Shown here one piece after another: positions 1 to 11,290 of a DNA stretch of 64,000 nucleotides; position 1 is the first letter of the stretch, and each line of letters starts with the position of its first letter. This stretch comes from Mobula hypostoma (taxonomy: Eukaryota). The notes below the pieces were generated by a model. The model had not been told where the DNA came from and made no database searches. It was given only the letters and a program-made list of their open reading frames with translations. The stretch lies in the NCBI RefSeq assembly GCF_963921235.1, contig NC_086109.1, forward strand, positions 13,394,001 to 13,458,000, read 5' to 3'. The translations under genes and the position numbers were made by a program.

Positions 1-381
1 AGTTTGAGTTAAGAACCAGATCAAATTGTGGAGCAGGCTCAAGAAGTTGAATAAACTAATCCTGCTCTTAGTTCATTTATTCATATGTTGGTATGTTTGT
101 ACTCCTGCTGGACAGGAGCTGTACTGGAAAAGCTACAGAGAGTTTCATTATTTTCCCTGGGGATATACAGGTCCTCTGGTCTGAGTTATAACAGGCAAGC
201 ACTATGATCTGGAAAAATTAACAATTAAATAACTTAAGGAGGAAAGGTTATCTGCAAAATTAACACTAAACACTGTAAATATTCAACCAACAGGAATTCT
301 GCAGATGCTGGAAATTCAAGCAACACACATCAAAGTTGCTGGTGAACGCAGCAGGCCAGGCTGCATCTATAGGAAGAGGCG

Positions 382-418
382 CAGTCGACGTTTCAGGCCG
401 AGACCCTTCGTCAGGACT
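382..418 (-). ncRNA. Minimal type I hammerhead ribozyme motif in the inverted pseudo-LTR
   Basis: Minus strand reads AGTC-CTGACGA-AGGGTCTCGGCCT-GAAA-CG-TC-GACTG. Confidence 0.8.
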
Positions 419-525
419 AACTGAAGGAAGAGTGAGTAAGGGATTTGAAAGCTGGAGGGGGAGGGGGAGATGCAAAATGATAGGAGAAGACAGGAGGGGG
501 AGGGATAGAGCCGAGAGCTGGACAG

Positions 526-2076
526 GTGATAGGCAAAAGGGGATACGAGAGGATCATGGGACAGGAGGTCCGGGAAGAAAGACAGGGGGGGGGTGGCCCA
601 GAGGATGGGCAAGAGGTATATTCAGAGGGACAGAGGGAGAAAAAGGAGAGTGAGAGAAAGAATGTGTGCATAAAAAAGAGTAACAGATGGGGTACGAGGG
701 GGAGGTGGGGCCTAGCGGAAGTTAGAGAAGTCAATGTTCATGCCATCAGGTTGGAGGCTACCCATACGGAATATAAGGTGTTGTGTTCCAGACCTAATCA
801 GTTCCCCTCTACCACCACTCTGCTCCGTCTAGCAGAATTAGTCCTTACTCTTAATAATTTCTCCTTTTGCTCCTCCCATTTCCTCCAAACTAAAGGTGTA
901 GCTATGGGCACCCGTATGGGTCCTAGCTATGCCTGCCTTTTTGTTGGGTTTGTGGAACAATCTATGTTCCGTGCCTATTCTGGTATCTGTCCCCCACTTT
1001 TCCTTCGCTACATCGACGACTGCATTGGCGCTGCTTCCTGCACGTATGCAGAACTCGTTGACTTTATTAACTTTGCCTCCAACTTTCACCCTGCCCTCAA
1101 GTTTACCTGGTCCATTTCCGACACCTCCCTCCCCTTTCTAGATCTTTCTGTCTCTGTCTCTGGAGACAGCTTATCCACTGATGTCTACTATAAGCCTACT
1201 GACTCTCACAGCTATCTGGACTATTCCTCTTCTCACCCTGTCTCTTGCAAAAATGCCATCCCCTTCTCGCAATTCCTCCGTCTCCGCCGCATCTGCTCTC
1301 AGGATGAGGCTTTTCATTCTAGGACGAGGGAGATGTCTTCATTTTTTAAAGAAAGGGGCTTCCCTTCCTCCACTATCAATTCTGCTCTTAAACGCATCTC
1401 CCCCATTTCACATACATCTGCTCTCACTCCATCCTCCCACCACCCCACTAGGAATAGGGTTCCCCTGGTCCTCACCTACCACCCCACCAGCCTCCGGGTC
1501 CAACATATTATTCTCCGTAACTTCCGCCACCTCCAACGGGATCCCACCACTAAGCACATCTTTCCCTCCCCCCCTCTCTCTGCATTCCGCAGGGATCGCT
1601 CCCTACACAACTCCCTTGTCCATTCGTCCACCCCATCCCTCCCCACTGATCTCCCTCCTGGCACTTATCCGTGTAAGCGGAACAAGTGCTATACATGCCC
1701 TTACACTTCCTCCCTTACCACCATTCAGGGCCCCAAACAGTCCTTCCAGGTGAGGCATCACTTCACCTGTGAGTCGACTGGGGTGATATACTGCGTCCGG
1801 TGCTCCCGATGTGGCCTTTTATATATTGGTGAGACCCGACGCAGACTGGGAGACCGCTTTGCTGAACATCTACGCTCTGTCCGCCAGAGAAAGCAGGATC
1901 TCCCAGTGGCCACACATTTTAATTCCACATCCCATTCCCATTCTGACATGTCTATCCACGGCGGCCTCTACTGTAAAGATGAAGCCACACTCAGGTTGGA
2001 GGAACAACACCTTATATTCCGTATGGGTAGCCTCCAACCTGATGGCATGAACATTGACTTCTCTAACTTCCACTAG
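526..2076 (+). CDS. N-terminally truncated Penelope-type reverse transcriptase + GIY-YIG endonuclease; true homology starts near 786 and the upstream codons come from the inverted arm
   Basis: Uninterrupted frame with QTKGVAMGTRMGPSYACLFVG, FLRYIDD, Cys linker PCKRNKCYTCP and VIYCVRCSRCGLLYIGETRRRLGDRFAEH. Confidence 0.85.
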   Translation: MIGKRGYERIMGQEVREERQGGGGPEDGQEVYSEGQREKKESERKNVCIKKSNRWGTRGRWGLAEVREVNVHAIRLEATHTEYKVLCSRPNQFPSTTTLLRLAELVLTLNNFSFCSSHFLQTKGVAMGTRMGPSYACLFVGFVEQSMFRAYSGICPPLFLRYIDDCIGAASCTYAELVDFINFASNFHPALKFTWSISDTSLPFLDLSVSVSGDSLSTDVYYKPTDSHSYLDYSSSHPVSCKNAIPFSQFLRLRRICSQDEAFHSRTREMSSFFKERGFPSSTINSALKRISPISHTSALTPSSHHPTRNRVPLVLTYHPTSLRVQHIILRNFRHLQRDPTTKHIFPSPPLSAFRRDRSLHNSLVHSSTPSLPTDLPPGTYPCKRNKCYTCPYTSSLTTIQGPKQSFQVRHHFTCESTGVIYCVRCSRCGLLYIGETRRRLGDRFAEHLRSVRQRKQDLPVATHFNSTSHSHSDMSIHGGLYCKDEATLRLEEQHLIFRMGSLQPDGMNIDFSNFH

Positions 2077-2370
2077 GCCCCACCTCCCCCTCGTACCCCA
2101 TCTGTTACTCTTTTTTATGCACACATTCTTTCTCTCACTCTCCTTTTTCTCCCTCTGTCCCTCTGAATATACCTCTTGCCCATCCTCTGGGTCACCCCCC
2201 CCCCCGTCTTTCTTCCCGGACCTCCTGTCCCATGATCCTCTCGTATCCCCTTTTGCCTATCACCTGTCCAGCTCTCGGCTCTATCCCTCCCCCTCCTGTC
2301 TTCTCCTATCATTTTGCATCTCCCCCTCCCCATCCAGCTTTCAAATCCCTTACTCACTCTTCCTTCAGTT

Positions 2371-2407
2371 AGTCCTGACGAAGGGTCTCGGCCTGAAACG
2401 TCGACTG
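2371..2407 (+). ncRNA. Minimal type I hammerhead ribozyme motif in the 3' pseudo-LTR
   Basis: AGTC/GACT stem I, CUGACGA core, AGG..CCT stem II, GAAA, palindromic ACGT mini stem III, GUC cleavage triplet. Confidence 0.8.
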
Positions 2408-3066
2408 CGCCTCTTCCTATAAATATTCAACCAGCCAGGAAGTGTGTGTGAAGAGGTAAGCAGAGGTAACATTATAGGGTTAATTATCTTTCCTCATCCA
2501 TCTGAGGGAGGTCATAGTCAGAGAGTCCGAGTGTCAGACAGGGCCGATACAGGTCTCTCGGAACAACTAGTCCACGCTGTGGAGGGCTCTTGTTTTCACA
2601 CTGTTGATGTTGTCAGGCCTGAGATATGAGGGATAAAGATTCTTTCCACTGGAGGAGGTTTCCTATGAATTTCTGCTGCCTTAGTCACCTGCGCCAACCG
2701 GGAGGTGGCCAAGAACAACACCCAAGCATCTGTAGAGAAAATTCTAGCTGCTTGTGTGAACACTGAGCCACAAATAACATGCATTTACGAATGGGAAGGA
2801 AACATTCAAGAAGGCAGCGAAGTTTTACTTATGATTAAAACATGAACCAACAAAGCCAGTGATTTAACAATGTACAGTATGTACGGTCGGTGTCGGAAGT
2901 TATCAGTTTGTCAATCGACCGTGATAACTCACCTTATCTGACATGGCATGGTGAGGTGGTGCTGGAATGGGTCCCCCAGTGGGAGGAGGTTGTTGTCCAA
3001 GCTAATGACCATGCTCCACAGGGGAAAGTCTCCTCCTCATCTTCCCCAGGCGCCCAACTTATAATA

Positions 3067-3455
3067 AACACAAAATACTCTGCAGATGCTGGGGTCAAAG
3101 CAACACTCACAACACTCTGGAGGAACTCAGCAGGTCATCTGTGGAAACGATCAGTCAATGTTTTGGGCTGGAACCCTTCGTCAGGACTGAAGGAGGAAGG
3201 GGCAGAGGCCCTATAAAGAAGGTGGGGGGAGGGTGGGAAGGAGAAGGCTGGTAGGTTCCAGGTGAAAAACCAGTAAAGGGAAAGAAAAAGGGGTGGGGTA
3301 GGGGAAGCAGGGAGGTGATAGGCAGGAAAGGTGAAGAACGAATAGGGGAAAACACAATGGCTGGTAGAAGGAGGTGGAACCATGAGGGAGGTGATAGGCA
3401 GCTGGGGGAGGGGGCAGAGTGAAATAGATATAGGGGAAGGGAGGGGGAGGGAATT
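3067..3455 (-). mobile_element. Non-autonomous Penelope pseudo-LTR-derived repeat with degenerate hammerhead motif
   Basis: Shares CTGCAGATGCTGG...GGAACTCAGCAGG...CCCTTCGTCAGGACT with the pseudo-LTR. GAAA core reads AAAA. Confidence 0.7.
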
Positions 3456-4552
3456 ACTTCAACTTATTGTCCAACTTATAATTCTTTCTGTTTGAGAAGG
3501 TTCTGTGCTTTAAGTTGTTCTTCTAGCATGCAAAGTTGCAAATATGTCATTGACCATGAAGGAACACTTGTCTGCTCATCATTGTTAAACATTCAGCTGC
3601 TGAGCTGCAGGCAGTGAAGCGTTGGGGGCTTGAAGGTGATTGAGCAACTTTACAACTGCTGTCTAACTGGCGATGCTCCCTCATTGCTGAACACAAGAGC
3701 CTCAGTAACACATCCTGCTGTTCTGCAGTTGTCCTCTGCAGATCGCCGATTAATATTTAATTTGTTTAAAATAGTGATGACCAAAATGTCCATCCCAGCC
3801 ATTTCCACTTGCCTGAGATTGACCTGTACCCTTCCAAATCCTTTACATCACTGTGCCATTTAATTGTTGTCAATATATTGCACCCACCTCAGCCATTTTC
3901 TCTGGCAGCTGATTCCAGAAACTGACCATCCTCTGTGTGTGTATAAAAAAAAAGTTGCCCCTCAGTTTCCTATTAAATCTTTTCTATTTCACCAATATTC
4001 TTGGGCAGATTTGCTAGAGCTGTTTGGGAGGCTCTAAGCTAACTTGGCAGGGGGATGGGAACTGGAGTGGTAGTACTGAGGATGACTTTATAGATTTACA
4101 AACAGAGGCAGTGTGTCGTGAGACTTCTAACACGAAGAGGCTGATTTTCGGGCAAACTTGCAGTCAGTAGGATGAGTTGCAATGTAAAAGGCGGACAAAA
4201 TCGAAAAGGGTGAATATTTCAATGTGCGCAGCATGAAGAATGAGGTAGATGAAATTGTGGCACTATTATAGATTGGCATATATGATGTTGAGGAATTCAC
4301 GGAATCGTGGCTGGAAGAAGATTATAGCTGGGAGCCTAATTACACATTGGATCCAAAGGACGGGCAGGTCAACAGAGGTGGTGGTGTGCCTCTATTGGTA
4401 AAAGAATGAAATCAAATCATTTGAAAAAGGTGACATAGTGTTAGAAGCTATTGAACCATTGTGGGTAGAGCTAAGGAAGTCCAAGGGTAAGAAGACCTGA
4501 TGGGATTTACATACGCGCTGCCAAACAGTAACAAAGATGTGGTAGTAAAGGA

Positions 4553-5530
4553 GGAGGTACAACACCTTATATTCCGTCTGGTTAGCCTCCAACCTGATGG
4601 CATGAACATTGATTTCTCAAACTTTAGATAATGCCCCCCACCCTCCTTCACTATTTTTTTTAGATTAGATTGTGAGGACACGCAGTCCTCTTTTACTGTC
4701 ATTTAGTAATGCATGCATTAAGAAATGATACAATATTTCTCTGGTGTGATATTACAGAAACACAGGACAGACCAAGACTGAAAAACTGACAAAACCCACA
4801 TAATTATAACATATAGTTACAACAGTGCAAGCATTACCGTAACTTCATGAAGAACAGGCCATGAGCACGGTAAAAAGTTCAAAGTCTCTCGAAAGTCCCA
4901 CATCTCACGCAGACGGGAGAAGGAAGAAAACTCTCCCTGCCATACCCGACCACAGTCCGACTCTGAGTCATCCGAAAATTTCGAGCTCTGACCAGCCCTC
5001 CGACACCGAGCACCATCTCTGCCGAACGCTTCGACCCCAGCCCCAGCCACCAGCAGCAGGCAAAGCTGAGGATTTTGGGGCCTTCCCTCCGGAGATTTTC
5101 GCTCGCACAGTAGCAGCGAAGCGGGCATTTCAGAAGTCACTCCAGATGTTCTTCCGTGCTCTCACGGCTGTCTCCATCAAATCAGAATTGTGTACAGCCC
5201 CTATTTAACAAATACGATATTTAACAAATATTTCCCATCCCTTTTCCCTTTCTCACCTTGCCCACCCATTACCTCCCTCTGGTGCTCCTCGCCCCTTTTT
5301 CTTTCTTCCATGGCCCTCTGTCTCCTCCACCAATCAACTTCCCAGCATGTTACTTCATCCCCCCCTCCAGGTTTCACCTACCACCTGGTGTTTCTCTCTC
5401 CCCACCCCTCACCTTTTAAATCTACTCCTCCGCGTTTTTTCTCCAGTCCTGCTGAAGGATTTACTCCCAAAACCTTTTTCCATAGATGCTGCCTGGCCTG
5501 CTGAGTTCCTCCAGCATTTTGTGTGCATTC
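4553..5530 (+). mobile_element. Penelope 3' end and pseudo-LTR fragment inserted in CR1, itself split by a SINE-like element
   Basis: ACAACACCTTATATTCCGTCTGG...GGCATGAACATTGA at 4560-4615; pseudo-LTR resumes at about 5229-5530. Confidence 0.75.
4656..5228 (-). mobile_element. About 600-bp SINE-like non-autonomous retroelement, copy 1 (5'-truncated)
   Basis: Colinear with 10644-11290 and 42345-42995; minus-strand AATGACAGTAAA and (TAATC)n tail. Confidence 0.75.
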
Positions 5531-8039
5531 CTAAGGGGTAAGTGATCATAATATGATAGAAATCGCCCTTCAATTTGAGAAGAAGCTAAAGTCAGATGTA
5601 TCTTTGTTACAGTGGGGTAAAGGGAATTCCAGAAGCATGAGTGAGGAGCTGGGTAAAATTGATTGGAAAAGAACACTGGCAGGGATGACAACAGAGCAGC
5701 AATGGCTGAAGTTTTGGGGAGTAACTTGGAAGGTACAGGATTTATACATCTCAAAGAGAAGGAAGTATCCTAAAGGCAGGATGACACAACCGTGGCTGAC
5801 GAGAAGTCAAAGCCAACATAAAGTAGAGGACATATAGTAGTGGAAAGTTAGGGGACTGGGAAGAGTTTAAAACCAACAAAGGCAAAAAAAAAGTTATAAG
5901 GAGGAAAAAGATGGAATACAAAAGTAAGCTAGCTAATAATATTAAAGAGGATACCAAAAGTTTCTTCAGATGCATAGTGTAAAAGAGGCGAGGGTAGATG
6001 TCAAACCACTGGGAAATGATCCTGGAGAGGTAGTGATTCATTGACTAGGAAATGGTGGATGAACTGAATAAGTATTTTGCATCAGTCTTTACTGTGAAAG
6101 ACACTTGCAGTATGATGGAAGTTCAAGTGTGTCAGAGGGCTGAAGTGTGTGAAGTTGCTATTACTAAGGAGAAGGTTCTTGGGACACTGGAAGGTCTGAA
6201 GATAAATAGATTACCTAGACCAGATGGTATACCCTGGGGCTCTGAAAGAGGTGTCTGAACAAATTGTGGAGGCATAAGAACTGGTCTTTCACAAATCAAT
6301 TGATTTGGGAATAGTTCTGAAGGAATGGAAAATTTCAAAAGTCACTCCACTCTTCAAAAAGAGAGAGAGGCAGAAGAAAGGAAATCATAGGCCAGTTAGT
6401 CTGACCTCAATGGTTGGAATGACGTTGGAGTCGATTGTTAAAGATGTGGTTTCAGGGTTCTTGGAGGCGCATGATAAAATAGACCACGGTCGACATGGTT
6501 CCTTAAGGGAAAATCTTGCCTGACAAATTTGTTGGAATTCTTTAAGGAAATAAAAAGCAGGATAGACAAAGGATAATCAGTTGATGTTGTGCACTTGGAT
6601 TTTCAGAAGGCCTTTGACAAGGTGCCACATATGAGGGAGCTTAACAAACTGGCAAGTTACAGGAAAGATGCTAGCATGGATAAAGCAGTGGCTGATTGGC
6701 AAGAGGGAAAGAGTGAGAATAAAGGGAACCTTTTTCTGGTTGGCTGCCAGTGACTAGTAGTGTTCTGCAGGGATCTGTGTTAGGACTGCTTTTTTTTATA
6801 TGTCAATGACTTCGATGATGGAATTGATAGCTTTGTGTATAAGTTTGTGGACAATATGAAGATAGGTGCAGGGGCCGGTAGTTTTGAGGAAATAGAAAGG
6901 CTACAGAAGGACTTAGACAGATTAGGAGAATGGACAACGAAATGGCAGATAGAATTCAGTGTCAGGAAGTGTATGGTTGAAGAAATAAAAGGGTAGACAA
7001 TTTTCTAAATGGACAGGAAATTCAAAAAACCTGAGGTGCAAAGGGACTTGGGAGTCCTCATGCAGAATTCCCTAAAGGTTAGTTTGCAGGCTGAGTCTGT
7101 GGTGAGAAAGGCAAGAATGATGTTAGCATTCATTTTGAGTGGACTAGAATATAAAAGCAAAGATGTAATGCTGAGGCTTTATAAGGCAGTGGTCAGATCA
7201 TGCTTGGAGTATTGTGAGCAGTTTTAGGCCCCTTGTCTAAGAAAAGATGTGCTGACATCGGAGAGTATTCAAAAGAGGTTCACAAAAATTATTCCGGGAT
7301 TGAAATGCTTGTCAGAAGAGAAGTGTTTGCTGGTTCTTAGCCTCTACTCACTGGAAATCAGATAAATGAAGGATGATCTCATTGAAACATGTTGAAAGGC
7401 CTCAACAGAGTGGATGTGGAGAGGATGTTTCCTATGGTGGGGGAGTCTAAGACCAGAGAACACAGCCTCAAAATAGAGGAGTGTCCTTTTAGAACTGAGA
7501 TGATGAGTAATTCCTTGAGCCAGAGAGTGGTGAATCTGTGGAATTCGTTGCCTCAGGCGGCTGTGGAGTCCAAGTCATTGGGTATATTTAAGGCAGAGAT
7601 TGATATATTCTGGATGAGTCAGTGCATGAAGTGATACAGGGAGAAGGCAGGAGATTGGGGTTGAGAGGAAAAATGGATCAGCCATAATGAAATGACAGAG
7701 CAGACTCCTTGGGCCAAATGGCCTAATTCTCCCCCTATAACTTATGGTCTTAAACTCATACCCACTCATACTTTATTCCCCAATCTTTGAAAAAAAGACT
7801 GTATGTTCACTCTATCTACATTATCCATAATCTTATACACCTTCATAAGATATCACCCCTCATCTCCAACACTTCAAGGAAAAGTCCCAACCTATATATT
7901 CTGTCCCTGGCAACATCTTTGTAAATATTTTCAGCACGCTTTCCAGTTTAATAGTATCAATCCAATAAATAGAACATAGAACAGTAGAGCACAATACCAG
8001 CCCTTCAGCCCATGATGCTGTGCCAACCTTTTTCAAAGT

Positions 8040-8960
8040 TCAAGGAAACTTGATGGTTGAAAAATAATAACTGTTTCTGAACCTGGTGGTATGGTTCCTG
8101 AGGCTCCTGTACCACCTTCCTGATGACAGCAGCGAGAAGACAGCATGGTCTGGACAGTAGGGCTTCTTTATAGATGGTGCTTTCCTGCGACAGCACTCCA
8201 CGTAGGTGTGCCCAATGGTCGAGAGGACTTTACCCATGATGGACTGTGTTGTATCCACAACTTTTTGTTGGATTTACCATTGGTGTTTCCATACTTGGCC
8301 ATGATGCAAGCAATCATAAACTCTCCACCAGACATCTGTAGAAGTTTGTCAAAATTTTAGATGTCATGTGGAATCTTTGCAAACTTCTAAGAAAGTTGAC
8401 TCACCACTGTGCTTTCTTCATAATTGCACTTATGTGCTGTGCCCAAGACAGATTCTCTGAAATGATAACACAGAAGAATTTTAAGTTGATGATGCTTCTG
8501 ATCAGCTGATAAAGACTGACTCAGGGACCTCCTGTTTCCTCGTCCTGAAGTCAAAAGTCAGCTCTTTACTCTTGCTATTTAGTGAGATGTTGTTGTTGTG
8601 ACACCACTCATCCAGATTTTCAAACTCCTCCCCTATATGCTGATTCATCAGCACCTTTGATTTGGCCACAGCAGTGGTGTCTTCAGCAAACTGAAGTGAC
8701 ACTGGAGCTGTGCCTGCCCTCACAGTCATAAATGTAAAGCCAGTAGAGTGGGGGCTAAGCACGCAGCCCTGTGGTTCATCTATGCTGATGGACATTGTGG
8801 AGGAGATGCTTTTGCCTATCCAGATCGACTGGGTCTTCAAGTGAGAAACTCGAGGATCCAATTGCACAAGGAGATATTGAGGTCAAGGTCTTGAACAAAC
8901 TTGATTAGTTTTGAGGGGATGATAGTGTTGAATGCCAAGCAGTAGTCAATAAGGAGCTTC
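8040..8960 (-). mobile_element. Decayed Rex1/Babar-like LINE RT 3' fragment
   Basis: PQGCVLSP, FAEDTT, WCHNNNISLN..KELTFDFR, SGRWYRSL..TTRFRNSY. Confidence 0.8.
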
Positions 8961-9059
8961 CTGGTGTACTGTATGCAGTAATCTTTTTAACCTACTCTAA
9001 GATCAATCTAACCCTTCTCTCTCACATATCCCTATATGTTTCTTTCATCCATGTGCTTA

Positions 9060-9650
9060 TTTAAGAGTCTCTTAAGTGTCTCTGCTGTATCAGCCTATAC
9101 CACCACCTCTGGCAACATGTACCATGCCCCTCCCACTCAGTGTAAATAACTTATTTCTGACATTCCCCCTATACTTCCCTCCAGATACCAATGCCTCTTC
9201 TTATCTTGCAGACCTCTACCAAATCACTTGTTTGCTCTGAAGAGAACAGCCCTAACTCACTCAAACTACCCACATAAGACATGCTCTCTAATCCAGGCAG
9301 CATTCCTTGTGAATCTCCTCTGCACACTCTATAAAGCTTCCACATCCTTCCTGTAATGAGGTGGCCTGAACTGAAGACAAAATCCCAGGTGTGATCTAAC
9401 CAGAGCTGCAACATGGCCCCACGGCTCTTGAACTGGCATGGTGACCAGACCTGAACACAATAATGCAAAGGCAGCCACAGCAACATCTTGTACAACTGCA
9501 GAATAACCTCCTAACTATACTTAGTGCCCTGACGGAAGAAGCCCAGTGTGCCAAAAGCCTCCTTAACTGGCCTGTCTACATGTGACTCCACATCTGGGAA
9601 ACCATATACCTGAAGTCCAGACTACCTCTGCTCGGCAACGCTCCCACTTC
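9060..9650 (-). mobile_element. Decayed CR1 3' fragments
   Basis: LHYCVQVWSP and MLPGLESMSY..LSELGLFS remnants. Confidence 0.65.
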
Positions 9651-10013
9651 AGGAATCATTCTGTTTCTTCCTCCATAGATACTGCCTAAATGGATCACTA
9701 TTTACAGAATTTTTTTTTGTTTATAAGTGTTAGGTTTCCATCATCTGCAGTTATGGATTTCCATTTAAGGATGAGTTGTAAGTCCTGATGATTGGTGGGG
9801 GATAGATGGATAAGGCTCTTTAGCGCTGCCACAACAACAGCCTCTCACTCAACATCAGCAAAACCAAAGAGCCGATTATTGACTTTCGGAGGAAGAAAAT
9901 GGAGGACCATGAATCAGTCCTGATTTTGAGAGCCAACATAACGCCAGATGGTTGCAGGTCACTAGTGATGTTCTGCAAGGGTCAGTGTTGGGACCACTTC
10001 TTTTTATGTTATA

Positions 10014-10366
10014 CGAGGGGTGATTGATAAGTTTGTGGCCTAAGGTAGAAGGAGTCAATTTTAGAAAGCCTAGCACATTTATTTTTCGACATAGTCCCCT
10101 CCTGCATGTACACACTTAGTCCAGCGGTCATGGAGCATACAGATCCCTTCTTTGTAGAAGTGGTCCACAGCAGGGGTGGCTGATAAGTGCGTGGCCTAAG
10201 GTAGAAGGAGATCAGTTATTAACGTCAAGCTTTCTGCATTATCACTCAAAGAGTTGAACTGCACATGTATGTAACGAGAGCGTCTTGGACCTCCAGGTGG
10301 TGCACAGCAGGGGTGATTGATAAGTTTGTGACCTAAGGTAGAAAGAGATGAGTTATACACCCCTCA
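10014..10366. mobile_element. Mariner-type MITE with three internal direct repeats
   Basis: TA|CGAGGGGTG...CACCCCTCA|TG termini at a TA site of CR1; 37-bp unit at 10017, 10173 and 10310. Confidence 0.7.
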
Positions 10367-10643
10367 TGTGTCAGAGATTTGGATGATGGAATTGATGGTT
10401 TTGTGACCAGGTTTGTGGACAATATGGAGATAGGTGGAGGGGCAGCTGATGTTGAGGAAGCAGGAAGGCCGCAGAAGGACTTGGACAGATTAGGAGAATG
10501 GGCAAAGAAGTGGCAGATGGAATACAGTGTGGGGAATGCACTATGGTAGAGATACACTATTTTCTAACTGGGCAGAAAATTCAAAACTCTGAGGTGCAAA
10601 GGGACTTGGGCATCCTCGTGCAGGGTTCCCTAAAGGTTAATTA

Positions 10644-11290
10644 TTTTTTTTTTAGATTATGAGGACACTCAGTCCTCGTTTATTGTCATTTAGAAATGCA
10701 TGCATTAAAAAATGATACAACGTTTCTCCAGAATGATATCACAAGAAAATACAGGACAAACCAAGACTAAAACTGACAAAACCACATAATTATAACATAT
10801 CGTTACAACAGTGCAAAGCAATACCATAATTTGATAAAGAGCAAACCATGGGCATGGTAAAAAAAAGTCTCAAAGTCCCAATAGACTCATCATCTCACGC
10901 AGGTGGTAGAAGGGAGGAACTCTCCCCGCCATGAACCTCCAAGCACCGCCAACTCGCCGATGCAGCACCATTGGAAGCACCCGACTGCAATTGACTCTCG
11001 TCCGAAAACTTCGAGCCTCCGACCAGCCCCTCCAACACAGCCTCTCCGAGTACCATACTCTGCCGAGCAACAAGCAAAGCCAAGGACTCAGGGCCTTCTC
11101 CTCTGGAGATTCTGGACCACACAATAGCAGCAGCAGCGAAGCAGACATTTCAGAAATTTCACCAGATGTTCCTCCGTGATCTCACGTCCGTCTCCATCAA
11201 ATCAGGATTGTGCACGGCACCCTACTTGACAAATAACAGACATCACCACTGGAGCAGCCGCTGCGAGCTGCGTCGTGCTGCCATCTTCCT
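10644..11290 (-). mobile_element. About 600-bp SINE-like element, copy 2 (longest)
   Basis: Minus strand starts AAGATGGCAGCACGACG and ends AAATGACAATAAA...CATAATCTAAAAA; CR1 host sequence resumes on both sides. Confidence 0.78.

Larger units (their letters stand above)
290..2419 (+). mobile_element. Penelope-like retroelement (Neptune-like), 5'-truncated, with inverted pseudo-LTR at its 5' end
   Basis: RT + GIY-YIG ORF. 290-784 is the reverse complement of the element's own 3' end (about 2004-2420, extending further). Flanked by a 14-bp direct repeat TAAATATTCAACCA (276-289, 2420-2433). Confidence 0.93.
3995..7750 (+). mobile_element. Decayed CR1 LINE (endonuclease-RT ORF2 remnants and 3' tail), interrupted at about 4553-5530
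   Basis: Peptides LNKYFASVFT, WKISKVTPLFKK..GNHRPVSLTS, QRDLGV, RVVNLWNSLPQ. CTTATG-type tail near 7740. Many stops and frameshifts. Confidence 0.88.

Noticed and set aside
266..734. Several Pro/Ser- or Gly/Arg-rich ORFs here and at 17708, 49623, 62009 and 63557
   Set aside because: They are sense or antisense readings of the low-complexity Penelope pseudo-LTR, not host genes.
10017..10347. Three 37-bp direct repeats with unique spacers, superficially CRISPR-like
   Set aside because: Spacers are 100-120 bp, repeats are degenerate, there are no cas genes, the context is eukaryotic, and the unit is a TA-flanked MITE.
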